DNA of 64,000 nucleotides from Azolla caroliniana. Lineage: Eukaryota > Plantae > Polypodiophyta. The stretch covers positions 11,966,001 to 12,030,000 of the forward strand of contig JBHGNT010000013.1 in assembly GCA_043228905.1 (NCBI GenBank), read 5' to 3'. Position numbers and translations under genes: made by a program. A model generated the notes under the pieces. That model was given only the letters and a program-made list of their open reading frames with translations. It had not been told where the DNA came from and searched no databases. This document shows, piece by piece, positions 25,642-39,079 of the stretch. The number at the start of each line of letters is the position of its first letter. Position 1 is the first letter of the stretch.

Positions 25642-28600
25642 ATATAAAGCACTCTCCCCTCTTTGTAATAGGTCAGTTAATTAAAGATCAAGCCCCTTTT
25701 GACATCAAGACTATAGTTGGTTCTTGTATTAGACAAGGAAGAGGCCCCGCCACTATCCAACTTCCAAGTGGCACTTTCTTGGAAATACATGATGTTATCT
25801 ATGCACCTACCTCACTAAGAAATCTTCTTGCATTTGCAGATGTGCGACGCAATGGATATCACCGGATCCTTATACTAGAGAGGGGGAGAAAGAAGTTCAA
25901 CGAATATTACATCTACAAAGTATTGCCAACAATGCACCGGATGGTTTTGTTGACACTTTCAATATGAAGGTCTCCGACATTAATCCTGCTATGAATGTGC
26001 TTGCTCGAATTTCAATTTCAATTGACGAATCACCAACACATATCGTAGAATCTCAAAGGAAGCATGAACGGCTTATTGGAGCAAAAGATAAACAATTAAG
26101 AAAGTGAAAACCAACAACTGAGGCTAAAATTGAAGCTCCTATAGTATCAAATAGGACAATTAGTGAAGAATCTTTAATTTCTAATTATGTTCATTCTAAA
26201 GTTAATAACACAACAAGAGTTTAATGATATCTTCATTTTCTATGTGGCAACAACTTTCACAAACGAATCGGATCCTCAAACTATTCAAGAAGCAAAAGCA
26301 TCTCCTTTTTGGGATAAGTGAAGAAGTTATTCAGGTTGAGTTAAATAGTCTTCTCAAATGAGTAGCTTTTGGTAAAATTCAAGAGATGCCTATTGGTCAT
26401 TAGTTGGCTATCGTTGGGTTTTTATGCGGAAGCATAATGATAAAGGAGAAGTTATTCGTTATAAGGCAAGGTTTCACGCAATGATTTGGTATTGATTATA
26501 CTGATATATATTCTCCGGTTATGGATGCAATGAGTTTTCATTGGTTGATTCATTTTACTGTTCAACGAAGTCTTCATATGCGTCTCATGGATGTGATTAC
26601 AATTTATCTTTATCGTGATTTGCATAAAGATATATACATGAAGATACCTAAAGAACTTTGCAACTCTATGCAACTTGGAAAATTCGCAATCCATTGAGCA
26701 AGTTGTCATCATCGTTATTTATGTTGATGATCTCAATATTATTGGAGCATCCAATGCCATTGAAGATCTTGTTGTTATGCATAGTCACCAATTTTAAATG
26801 AAAGACCTCGGTTTAACTACATTCTGCTTGGGTCTTCAAATCGAGCACCTATTTAATGGAATTCTTCTTCATCAGAGCTCATATATCCATAAAATATTAA
26901 AATGGTTTTCTATGGATCAAGCTCATTATATTAGAACTCCTATGGTAGTGTGCTCCCTGGATCCTTCTTGTGACCCATTTCGGCCAAGATCTTCTAACGA
27001 GTCAGCATTGGGACCATAGTATCCTTACATGGTTGTTGTTGGTGCACTTATGTACTTGGCTAATTGTACGCGTCCAGACATTTCGTTCGCTATCAATTTG
27101 CTAGCTTGGTATAGTTACGATCCTACCATGCGACACTAGATTGGAATTAAGCAGATTTTTTGATATTTATGAGGCACTAAAGATATGGGACTTTTCTTTA
27201 CCAACGGATCTATGCATGGTCAATTGATCGGTAATTCTGAAGGCAGGCTCTTATCTAACCCTCATGTTGGCAGATTACAAATAGGATATAATTTCCTTGT
27301 TGGTGGCACAACGATCTCTTGGTGATCGACAAAGCAAACATTAGCTGCAACATCTTCAAATCATGCTAAGATATTGCCTTACATGAAGCAAGCAAAGAAT
27401 GCATATGGTTACAACACTTAATCAGGCATATTGAAAGTTCTTGTGGTTTTATTGGTCCCTCATTACTTTTGAGAATCAAGCTCAACATAGCCTTGTGTGT
27501 GAACACACCCTTTGAGAATCTATGAGCACTCAAAGGTCAAAAGTCACACCACTAATCTCTACACATTAACTATGTGTCATAGAATATGATTCTATGACAC
27601 ATAACTGATGAGTTTCATATTCCCCGTGACTAATGAGTTTCATATCCCCAAGAGAGAGTGGTTGTTGTGGTGAGTTAATGAAGAGAGAGGGTGACCTTAT
27701 ATAAAGCACCCTCCTCCTACTTCATAGAGTGTCGGTTATTCTCCCTTGTAATGCTACATTTTTGTATCTCATATTCCTTGTTAATATACATCTTCTTCTT
27801 GAGTATATTATTTTTCCATTCTATCCAATCTAACTTGTGTTTCTCTCCTCTCCTCTCTCTTACACACACATAACACACATCTCTTCCGTTGCACAAAATC
27901 ATATCTGATTCTTTACATGGTATTAGAGTAATTTGGTGGCTCGATCTAACCCATTCGTGTGTGTCGTGTTCTACGTCGACGTTCAATAAGAACCGGCTCA
28001 TCGTTATTGCAGTGTGACTACATAGCTCATGTTTGAGAGAGAAGGTAAAGAAGGAAGAAATCTTCATCGACGTAATGAATACTCAAATGGGGAGTGTTCT
28101 CCCTAACGAAAAGTTGGACAAAAACAACTCTGCCTCTTGGGAGTACAAGATGCACCAATACCTTGTCGGCAAGGCTTTTGGAGCTACATCAAAGGAGGAA
28201 AAGAAAATCGACCCAACCCAACAACTCCCGAATACTCAACATGGAAGCAAGCCGCAATCCGAGTGATGTATTGCTTGGTGACATGTGTTCATGACCACAT
28301 GCTTGGCTACGTTCGAGAAGCCAAGATGCCAAAGGAAGCTTGGGAGAATCTCAAGAAGATATTCGCCGCCAATACGATGGCACAAAAGCTTCAACTCCGC
28401 CAAGAGTTGAACAACATCCAACAACGGGACATGTCCATCACAAGCTACACCTTTAAGATCAAGGTGTTTTGTGAATGCTCGGCTCAATAAACGTCAATGT
28501 GGAGGATGATGAGAAGCTGCAAATATGCCTCGGCGGCCTCACACCACGGTTCAGCGCAATGAGAACTGTTGTCCTAGCAAGGGAGAATCCTCCCTCTTTC

Positions 28601-28785
28601 TTCGATATTGAATCGATGTTATTGGTTGAAGAAAACCATGTTCGAACCAAGAGCAACACCTCGGAAGGTCAAATATTCTACACACATTCGGACGAAGGAA
28701 GAGGATGTGGCCGAGCAAGAAGAGCCCGCCAAGGATGAGGTGGATGAGATAGAAGCCATAGAGGAACCTTCGGAAGAATGGGGAG

Positions 28786-29067
28786 TGTTGAGAGACAAGC
28801 TCAACATCGGCCGGTTCGGCTGAAGAAGCCGAGGACAGGATCGGTTGGGACCGATCGGTTAGGCCGAGTGCGTAAACCGGGAGGTCGTTAGGAAAGATAT
28901 TCCGTGAGGAATATATTTGGGAGTTAGTGTAGGACCTCTTAATGAGCCTTGAAGTACTGTTAGTACTTCAGTCAGTCCTTCGAGGACTTGTATAAAAGTG
29001 TTCATGGAACACACGTATGTATAGAGTAGTGAATCGAGATTTTGTTGTTGTTGAATATAGTTCTTGT

Positions 29068-29125
<58 letters not shown>

Positions 29126-32100
29126 GCGTATACTGCATAAGCTCAAGCTCTCCATTAAACCTGAGCTTTCTTCCTTCTGTTCCGTCTTCATACCTGCTTC
29201 CGCACGCTGCTTTTTACATGGTATCAGAGTGCGAGGGTTGAGAACCTCTCTGCAGCCGACACAACTTGACGAAGAAGAACGAGAAGAACGATGGATAGAG
29301 GCATGGCCAGCTCGCTTCCAACAGAGAAGCTCGACAGAACCAACTACGCGTCTTGGTCCTACAAGATGCACCAGTACCTGCTCGGGCACGGCTACTGGAG
29401 TTATGTCGAAGGAGCTAATGACGCGGCACCCGAATCGACACACAGAGACTTCCCGTCGTGGGAGCAATCGGCGAGCAGGGTATTGTACTGGTTCGCGTCG
29501 TGTGTGGGCGAACAACTATTGAGCTATGTTCAGGATGCAAAGACGCCGAAGGGTGCGTGGGAAAATCTGAAGAAGATTTTCGCCGCAAGCACCACAGCCA
29601 GGAAGCTTCAGCTCCGACAGGAGTTGAGCAACCTACAACAACGCGACTTGTCGGTGGCGGACTATACCTCGAAGATCAAGGATATCTGCGACTCCCTCCC
29701 CTCCATAGAGGTGAACATCGAGGAGAGCGAGATGGTCCACATCTATCTCGGAGGTTTGGCGTCGAAGTTCGGAGTGTTCCGAACGGCTGTGTGTACCTGG
29801 GAGAATACGCCGTCCTTTTTCGACTTACAGTCGATGCTCCTGGTAGAGGAGAACCACGCGGGTGCATTGACGAGCACGCACACTGACAACAAGATGTTGT
29901 ACACGGAGGGAGAAAGGCCCCGTGGTCGTGGCGGACGAGGCGAGTCGGTACGCAATGGAAGCGACCGACGAGATCAAGGAAGAAGGCACCGAAGTGATGC
30001 CGACAGCAACTCCGGACCCTCCGGAAACAGGGGGAGTCGAAGCGATGAGAACCGGCAAGGGAAGGCCATCGCGGAGTGCTGGTATTGTGGCAAGAAAGGC
30101 CACAAGGAAAGTGAGTGTTGGAAGAAGCACGCCGATTCGGAGAGAACTGGTTCTGGAAACGGCTCCAGGCATACCGACAAGGGAAATCGGCAGCGATCGC
30201 ACTACGCCGAAGACTCCGGGAAAGCCGGAGAAGGGCCTGCCTTCGTGATGAGACACGAAGCAAACTCAATGAAACAAAGCACCCGGGGATCGGACGAGGT
30301 GTGGTACGTAGACTCCGGTGCGTCAAACCACATGACGAGCCATAAGGAGTGGTTCTCGTACCTTGAAAAACCGATACAACCTGGAGTAGTCGCAACAGGA
30401 GACGATACTCCGCATCCGATCGCGAATTTCGGAGAAGTTCCCCTTAGCCATGTAGGGCAGAAAGGGAAACTCATGAACGTGTTGCACGTCCCGACAATCA
30501 CGAAAAACTTGGTCTCGGTCAGACAGATCGTCGACCAAGGGATGGAGGTTCGGTTTACACACCTCGGGTGCTTCATTGAGGAAGAAGGCCGTGTGATTGC
30601 GCAAGGGCGCAGAGACGGGAGGATGTTCATCCTCGACTCCACTGACGGCGGCACCGCAATGTTCGCGAAGGGACAAAAGACCGAGTCGGACATTGACTTG
30701 TGGCACAAGCGGATAGGCCACGTCAACTACCAGCGGCTTCAAGATCTGCAAACGAAACAGGTAGTGTTCGGATTGCCCAAATTTAGTGGCCGAAAGGCAC
30801 AAATTTGTGAAGCCTGCCAACTCAGGAAGCAACACCGACTTCCCTTCCCCAACGAGCGAAACCGGAGCCGGAACAAGCTCGACCTTATACACTCTGATGT
30901 ATGGGGGCCGGCACAAAACGTTAGTCTTGGCGGGAGCCGATATTTCGTCTCCTTCATCGACGACCACACACAGCACACGTGGATCTACCTCATTGAGAGG
31001 AAGAGTGAAGTCTTCGACTGTTTCCGGGACCTCAAAGGGTTCGTGGAAGCCGAAACGGGACGAAAGATCAAGTGCCTATGGTCGGATGGCGGGAAAGAGT
31101 ACTTTTCCGGTCAATTCAACAGTTACCTACAACAAATGGGAATTCGCCGCGAATTCAGTTGTAGATACACACCAGAGCAGAACGGCGTGGCCGAGAGAAA
31201 GAATCGGTCAGTTGTGGAAGCGGCACGGGCAATGCTGGAGGAGAAGAGCTTGCGCAAGTTCTACTAGGCCGAGGCGGTAAGGACCGCAGTATACATCCAA
31301 AACCGGAACGGAGACAAAGTGTCGGCGCACGAGCTATATTTCCAAACGAAGCCGAACTTGCAACACTTGAGGGTGTTCGGTAGCATTGCGTATGTGCATG
31401 TACCGAAGGAGAAAAGGAGGAAGCTAGACGCAAAGGCCGAGAAATGCATCTTGGTCGGTTATTCGGACGAGCAGAAGGGTTATAAGTGCTATAACCCTCG
31501 CACCAAACAAGCGTGTGTCAGCCGCGACGTTGTGTTTGACGAGTCCGCGTCCTGGTACCTACCCCCGACTCCAATCCGAGCTCTGACGATGAGGTCAGCG
31601 AGGCCGAGATGCCTCCGGATGAGCCCGAAATCGAGACCCGCGAAGAGAGTCCGATTTCGCTCCGTTTAAGTGGACCGATTGGACGACTGAGTCGGTACGA
31701 CCAGTTCGATGAAGAGCCGGCGAGTAGTGGAGACTCGGCCATGCATTCCCCGTGCAAGAGGCCGAGGAGACGGCTTATGCGCAAAGAGAAAGGGAAGAAG
31801 AAGGTGTCGGATTCCGGCACGGAAAGGAACGAGTCAGACCGACGCGAGTCCGACTCCAAGGGAACCGGTGACGGGTCTTTAAAGGTGAAGGCCGTGTCGA
31901 CTGAGAAGGCCTCGACATTGGCTAATGTGAGATTACGCCGATCTACCCGCCAGAAGAATCTTGTTTTGCGGTTCGGATACAACGAGTACATGGCGCATCA
32001 TTATGCGTACATGACCCGTGTAGCGGAAGTGCGTGAGCCGGAGAGCTACGCAGAAGTGGCGAAGGACGCGAATTGGCGCGCCGCGATGGAGGAAGAGATG

Positions 32101-34379
32101 CACGCATTGGCGGAGAACGAGACCTGGGACCTGGTTGACGCACCGAAGGGTGTGAAGCCGATCGGGTGTAGATGGGTGTACAAAGTCAAGTACAACACCG
32201 ATGGCTCGGTCAACCGGTACAAGGCTCGGCTAATGGCAAAGGGCTACGCGCAGAAACACGGCATCGACTACGATGAGACGTTTGTGCCGGTCGCGAAAAT
32301 GACGACCGTCCGTGTTTTGCTCGCAGTAGCCGCGGCCAAGGGGTGGCACCTACATTAGATGGATGTAAAGAATGTGTTCCTGCACGGTGACCTTGAGGAA
32401 CAGGTGTACATGGTACAGCCCCCCGGATTTCACTTTGGAACGAAATCCTCGGCAATATGCCGACTGAAGAAGTCCCTTTACGGACTGAAGCAAGCCCCGC
32501 GTGCCTGGAACGCGAAGATCACGCAACAACTGCGTCAGTTGGGCTTCGTCACGTGAAAATCGGACTCTTCCCTGTTCATCCGGAAAGGTCGACTCGGACC
32601 GGTTAGTATTTTACTGTATGTTGATGACTTGGTCATCACCGGCGCCGATCTAGGTGAAATCGACCACGTGAAGCTCCAGCTTGCAGCATCGTTCGACATG
32701 AAGGATCTGGGGGACCTTCATTACTTCCTCGGGATCAAAGTGATCCGTACCCCCGAAGGCATATTGATCAGCCAACGTCATTACGTGCTGAGTATGCTCT
32801 TCAAACTCGGGATGGCCAACTGTAAGTCCATCTCGACTCCTCTGGACAGAACCGTCAAGCTTCGTCCCGATACGGGAAAGGTATGCGACCCGACGAGGTT
32901 CTGACAAATTGTCGGTAGCCTCATATACTTGACCATCACCCGACCCGACCTCAATTATCCGGTCGGAGTGATTAGTCAGTTCATGGCGCGACCTAGCAAG
33001 GAGCACCTTCAGTGTGCACAACACGTACTTCGGTACGTAAGCGGTACTAAGGACCGCGGACTGCTATATCGGACCGGTGCAGCCGCGCAGTTAGTCGGCT
33101 ACACCGATGCTGATTGGGCTGGCAACGCCGCCGATCGCCGATCCACGTCTGGATACGCGTTCTCCCTCGGGAGTGTCGCGATCGCGTGGTGCAGTAAGAA
33201 GCAACTGACAGTTGCCCTGTCGAGCACCGAAGCTGAGTACCGAGGAGCGGCTGTCGCGACATGCGAAGCCATATGGTTGAAGCGGCTACTTAAGGACCTA
33301 CAAGAGGAGGTGACCGATCCAACGACGATCTACTGCGACAACCTCAGCAGCATCCAACTCGCGAAGAACCCCGTCTTCCACGCACGGACCAAGCACATTG
33401 AGGTGCACTACCATTTCATCCGTGAGCGTGTCCTTTCCGGTGAAGTCGAACTTCAGTACGTTCTGACGGATCGGCAGGCTGCCGACATCTTCACCGAGCC
33501 TCTTAGTCTGGACAAGTTGCAGCAATTCTCAGGTGCGCTCGGGTTGCGTCACCTTGACGTGCCGAACTTGAGGGGGAGAACAGTCCCGAACGACCAAGCA
33601 AGGCAGCAGGAAGGGAGTGGACACCGCGACACCGAGTCGGTTGACAAGTTCGACATCGGATCGGCTGAAGAAGCCGAGGGCGGACCCGCGGAAAAGTTCA
33701 GAAGCAGACAGAAGGGGAGCAACCGAAGGAGAGAGCCGAAGCCAACCACGCATGGGGAAGATGACGCCATCGAAGGCGAGAAGACCGAAGACGAGTTGGA
33801 GACAGCCAACTCGGACGAGAGCGAAAACCGATCGGAGGTAGCCGAGTCGGTTCGGATGTTTGATTCAGACACGTTAAATCAACTGAGGCCCAAGCGGAAG
33901 AAAAGGCAGCAGAAGAAGTGTCGGCACCGCAACAGCAGAAGAGCTGATAAGGGCCGCATGAGCAGACGAGCCGACCAGAAGGGTCGAAGCGCGCGGAGTC
34001 GAACAGGTCGAGGAGCGCGAGCGAGGCGTGAAGCCAGGAGGAACCGGAGCTGTGAGCCCGAGGATCCCGATAGCCACGAGTTGAGCTTGAGGGGGAGTGT
34101 TGAGAGACAAGCTCAACATCGGCCGGTTCGGCTGAAGAAGCCGAGGACCCGATCGGTTGGGACCGATCGGTTAGGCCGAGTGCATAAACCGGGAGGTCGT
34201 TAGGAAAGATATTCCGTGAGGAATATATTTGGAAGTTAGTGTAGGAGCTCTTAATGAGCCCTTAAGTACTGTCAGTACTTCAGTCAGTCCTTCGAGGACT
34301 TGTATAAAAGTGTTCATGGAACACACGTATGTATAGAGTAGTGAATCGAGATTTTGTTGTTGTTGAATATAGTTCTTGT

Positions 34380-34413
<34 letters not shown>

Positions 34414-34506
34414 GCGTATACTACGTAAGCTCAAGCTCTCCATTAAACTTGAGCTTTCTTCCTTCTATTCCGTCTTCATACCTGCTTCCGCACACTGCTT
34501 TCTACA
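28786..34506 (+). mobile_element. Ty1/copia element C nested in the gag of element B
   Basis: LTRs 28786-29218 and 34098-34506, differing in (CT)n length. TSD GGGAG/AGGAG. PBS TGGTATCAGAG at 29219. PPT TTGAGGGGGAG before 34098. Confidence 0.95.
29291..34203 (+). pseudogene. Copia C gag-pol (Gag, CCHC, protease, GAG-pre-integrase, integrase, RT, RNase H + long charged tail)
   Basis: Motifs [71 protein letters not shown]. Stops at 31265, 32356, 32554 and 32902, plus a frameshift near 31570. Confidence 0.93.
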
Positions 34507-37500
34507 AGGAGTCACCATGCCGATCCAAGCTAACAAAACTCGATTAAATGCGAATAGTGCGGCAAAATCGGCCACCACAAAGTAGAGTGCCGAAAGAAGA
34601 TGTGCAAGTCGACTTCAACTAGCCGACAACTAGCCAATTACGCCACCATTTTCTACTATGACGACCATGGTGGAATGTTCATGATGAGACATAGAGCAAA
34701 TTCTATGTCAACTTCTACTTCAATTAGTGCCTCCGGTCCGGAAGATGTATGATTCCTCGACTCCAGTGCCTCGAACCATATGACGTCACATCAAGAATGG
34801 TTTTGAGAACTTCAAGATCCAGATCGACCCGGCTATGTTGAAACCAGAGACGACACTACTCATCTGATTGGACACAATGGAAATGTTCCATTCGGCAAAG
34901 AAGGTAACCAAACTTACATTAAAAATGCCTTGCATGTACCGACCATCACGAAGAATTTGGTCTCAGTTGGCCAAATTGTGGAGCAAGGCATGCAAGTTCA
35001 ATTTAACCAAGGTGGTTGCTTCATCGAAAAAGAGGGTCAACTCATCGCTCACAGTCGAAGGGAAGGTCGAATGTTCATTCTCAATTCGAATGAGATGAAA
35101 CCGGCCATGTTTGCAAAAGGCACCAAAGCCGACACAGACATAGAGTTGTGGCATAAGAGGATTGACCGCATCAATCTCAATAAACTCAAGGCAATGCAAT
35201 CGAAAGGAATCGTCATCGGGCTCCCGACCTTCAAAGAGAAGGAGATTGAAGGCATATGTGCAACCTGCCAATTCAGCAAGCAACATCGGCATTCGTTCCC
35301 GAAAGAGAGGAACGTGAGCAAAGGCATACTCAACGTAATTCATTCCGATGTATGGGGGCCAGCTCAAATGGCAACATTCGGAGGATGCCAATACTATGTC
35401 ACTTTATCGATGACTTCTCTGGGCATACATGGATCTTCCCCATGCGACAGAAGATTGAAGTGTTCTCACACTTCCAAAAATTCAAGAATGGAGTCGAAAA
35501 GGAAACAGGTCGACATGTACGATGTCTTCGGTCGGAAGGAGGAAAAGAGGACTTCTTCGACGAATTTTCGGCATTTCTCCGGAAAGAAAGAATTCGGCGA
35601 GAGTTTTTGTGTCGACATACACCACAACAAAACAGAGTAGTCGAACACTATGATGAACGAAAAGAATATGCCAAAGTCATATTGGGTTGAAGCAACAAAT
35701 ATTGTCGTCTACCTCATGAACTAGTGCACAACATTTGGTATGCACGAGGTTACCCCACACGAAAAGTACTATGGAAAGAAGTTGGATTTGTCCCATGTTA
35801 GGATATTCAGCTCACTTGCATACGTGCACATCCCTGACGAGAAGTGGCAAAAGCTAGATCCCAAGTCAGAGAAATGTATCCTCGTAGGATACTCATTGGA
35901 GCAAAAGGGGTACAAATGCTTCAACCCCTCTACTCGGAAGGTTTGAGTGAGTCGAGACGTTTTCGACGAATCGGCATATTGTTACAAACCAGAGAAGATT
36001 CCAACTCCGACCCCAGTCGACCCGGAATCAACTGAACAAGAGATAGAAGATGGAGATCGACTTGAACACATGTTCGAAGAAAGCCCGATTACGACAAGGT
36101 TTAGTGAGCCACAAGAGCCCCCAAGCGACCAAAGCACATCTCGGCCTACTCCGAAGATGGACAAAGGCAAGGCGAAAATGCCAGAATATGAAGACGATCA
36201 ATTTGATGGCAATGAATCGACTCACTCCCTCAACAATGAGTTCGGTGGCTTCGATGTACCTATCATGAGGACACCTGGTGTAAAGAAAGCCATTGCCACG
36301 GCAAACGAAAAACTCTGACGCCCCACCTGTGAGAAGAATCTTGTTAGTTGATTCGGTTACAACGATTATATGGCATATCATTATACCTTTATGATGAAGG
36401 TGGCGACAGTTCGAGAACCGGAAAGGTTTTCCGAAGTAGTCAAGGATCCACGATAGGTCGAAGCAATGAACGAAGAGATGCAAGCACTATGCAAGAACGA
36501 GACATGGGATCTCATCACCCACTCACCACACAAGAAGGCAATCGGTTGCAGATGGATTTACAAAGTGAAGTATAATATCGACGGCTCCATAAACTGCTAC
36601 AAAGCTCGACTTGTAGCGAAAGGATACGCACAAACACATGGAGTTGACTATGAAGAGACAAGATGACGACTATGCGGACCATGATTGCACTTGTTGCGGT
36701 GAAAGGGTGGCACCTCCATCTGATGGACGTCAAGAACGCCTTTCTTCAAGGCAAATTAGAAGAGGAGGTGCACATGGTACAATCACCCGGCTTCGAATCT
36801 AACATTCATCCGAAAATCGCATGCCGACTCAAGAAGCCTCTCTACATCCTTAAGCAAGCACCACGTGCTTAGCATTCGAAGATAACACAATATCTTCATC
36901 AAATCGACTTCTAAATGTCAAAATTTGACAACTCCCTCTACATAAGAAGCGATTCGGGAAGTTCAATTGTCATCATTCTATATGTGGATGATTTGGTCAT
37001 TGGAGGTGATAATCTAGTCGACATCAACAAGGTCAAGTCCCTCCTCTCCGGCAAATTCGAGATGATGGACATGAAGGAGCTCCATTACTTCCTTGGCATC
37101 GAGGTAATTTGAACTCCAACCGGCATTATGATCTCCCAACGACACTACATCCTTAACTTGTTATACAAGTTTGGGATGGTTGAGTGTAAATCGGTTGCAA
37201 CCCCTCTCGATCGAAATCTCAAACTTGATGTTGACTCTGGCACAGAAGAGTGTGAGCCAACTCAGTATCAACAACTGATCGGGAGCCTCATCTATCTCAC
37301 GATCACTCGACCCAACCTTAGCTACCCGATTGATCTCCTCAGCCAATTCATGCAAAAACCACGAGACATTCACTTGGATTGTGTTAAGTGAGTATTACAA
37401 TACGTGAGCGGCACAATGGATTGTGGTATTCTCTACGAATCGGCCACACCAATTCGACTCGAAGGGTACGCAGATGACGACTGGGCCGGCCATAGAGCCG

Positions 37501-39079
37501 ATCGATGATTGACCTCCGGATTCGTTTTCTCCCCTGGCAGCAGAGCGATTTTGTGGAGTAGCAAGACGCAATTGACTGTTGCACTTTCAAGCACTGAGGC
37601 CGAATACAGGGGTGCAGTCGTGGCTACATGTGCAGCCATATGACTCAAGAGGATTTTGAAGGATCTGAGCGTTCCCATCAAGGTTTTGACGCCCCTCTAC
37701 TTCGACAACATGAGCAGTATTTATCTGGCTCGAAACCCAGTGTTCCATGCACGCACGAAGCATATTGAAGTGCATTATCACTTTATTCGAGAGCGCATTC
37801 AAGCAGGAGATGTCAACCTTCAACACATTGGCACGCATCTTCAAACAGACGACATCTTTACTAAAGCCTTAAGAGTCCACAAGCTTCGGCAATTCATGTC
37901 AGACCTTAGATTGACGATCATTGACTTTTCAAGCTTGAGGGGGAGTACAAGAGAGAGCCGAATACCGTCTGAACCAGGTACTAGCCGATGTGGACACCAG
38001 GTATCATTCGAACCGGATATTAGCCAAAGTGAACATCAACTGAAAGGAGTCGACCAAGTTGAGCTTGAGGGGGGGTGTTGAGAATCAAGCTCAACCTAGC
38101 CTTGTGTGTGAACACACCCTTTAAGAATCTATGAGCACTCAAAGGTCAAAAGTCACACCACTACTCTCTACCCATTAATTATGTGTCATAGAATCATATT
38201 CTATGACACATAACTAATGAGTTTCATATTCCCCATGACTAATGAGTCTCCACATTCCCCAAGAGAGAGTGGTTGTTGTAGTGAGTTAATGAAGAGAGAG
38301 GGTGACATTATATAAAGCACCCTCTTACTTCATAGAGTGTCGGTTGTCCTCCTTTATAATGTAACATTTTTGTATCTCATATTCCTTGTTAATATACATC
38401 TTCTTCTTGAGTATTCTATTTTTCCGTTCTATCTAATCTAACTTGTGTTTCTCTCCTCTCCTCTCTCTTACACACATACACACACACATATCTTCCGCTG
38501 CACAGAATCATATCCAATTCTTTACAATTACAAACAGTTATCGATGAAGATAATTATGCTTGCAAAAATCAGTTCAAGAAGGGTTTCATTAAAGGTGATC
38601 GAATCAAACATATTTCTCCCAAGTTTTCTTTACACATGAGCTCAATGATAATTATATCAACATTCAACCTACTACATCAAGCAAGAACTTGGCAAATATT
38701 TTTACCAAAAGCTTTCCTGCATCAGAACATTGATTGAACATTCCTTCTCTTGGAGTCAGAAGATTATTAGAGCTCATGAGCTAAAACAATGATAATGAGA
38801 TGAGGGGGACTGTTATCATTATGAACTCATGCATGTAATGAATCATGTTATACCTATCTTAGTCTTAAGCTTTAGTTAACAAGACTTCATAATGTAAATA
38901 GTATGCATGCATCCCATCATCTGGTGGGTCATAAACTCATGTATCTAAACCATTTTGGTAATATATATAGAAGAGCATAACCTATGATCTCTATATAGAG
39001 ATTATATTGATATGTGATTAGTGATCTAGATTAATATCTAATCTCTCTTTGATCTTGCTTAATAGTATATTATATAACA

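Larger units (their letters stand above)
14825..25681 (+). mobile_element. Ty1/copia element A (degenerate); 3' LTR interrupted twice and truncated
   Basis: 5' LTR 14825-15226 followed directly by PBS TGGTATCAGAGC. Gag/PR/INT/RT/RH fragments at 15381-20072 (VDSGASNHM, HTPQQNSVAERKNR, LYVDDLVI, HARTKHIEV). 3' LTR pieces at 20086-20220, 21154-21208 and 25642-25681. Confidence 0.92.
27467..38526 (+). mobile_element. Ty1/copia element B (same family as A), degenerate, inserted in Bianca RNase H
   Basis: 451-bp LTRs 27467-27917 and 38076-38526. TSD ATTAC (27462-27466, 38527-38531). PBS TGGTATTAGAG. Broken gag-pol at 28075-28785 and 34512-38081. Confidence 0.94.
13153..39079 (+). mobile_element. 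Bianca-like Ty1/copia LTR retrotransposon (outer host of the nest), degenerate
   Basis: LTRs 13153-13415 and 38811-39079. TSD TCTTT (13148-13152, 39080-39084). PBS ATTATCAGCACGA, PPT GATGAGGGGGAC. Bianca-type peptides: DGSKYMTW, RNLLAFADVRRNGYH, MKDLGLTTFCLGLQIEH, CSLDPSCDPFRP. Fragments at 13490-14824, 25682-27466 and 38532-38785. Integrase core appears deleted. Confidence 0.9.

Noticed and set aside
29458-34119. Many antisense and alternate-frame ORFs over copia C
   Set aside because: Shadow ORFs of a GC-rich pol gene with no independent motifs.
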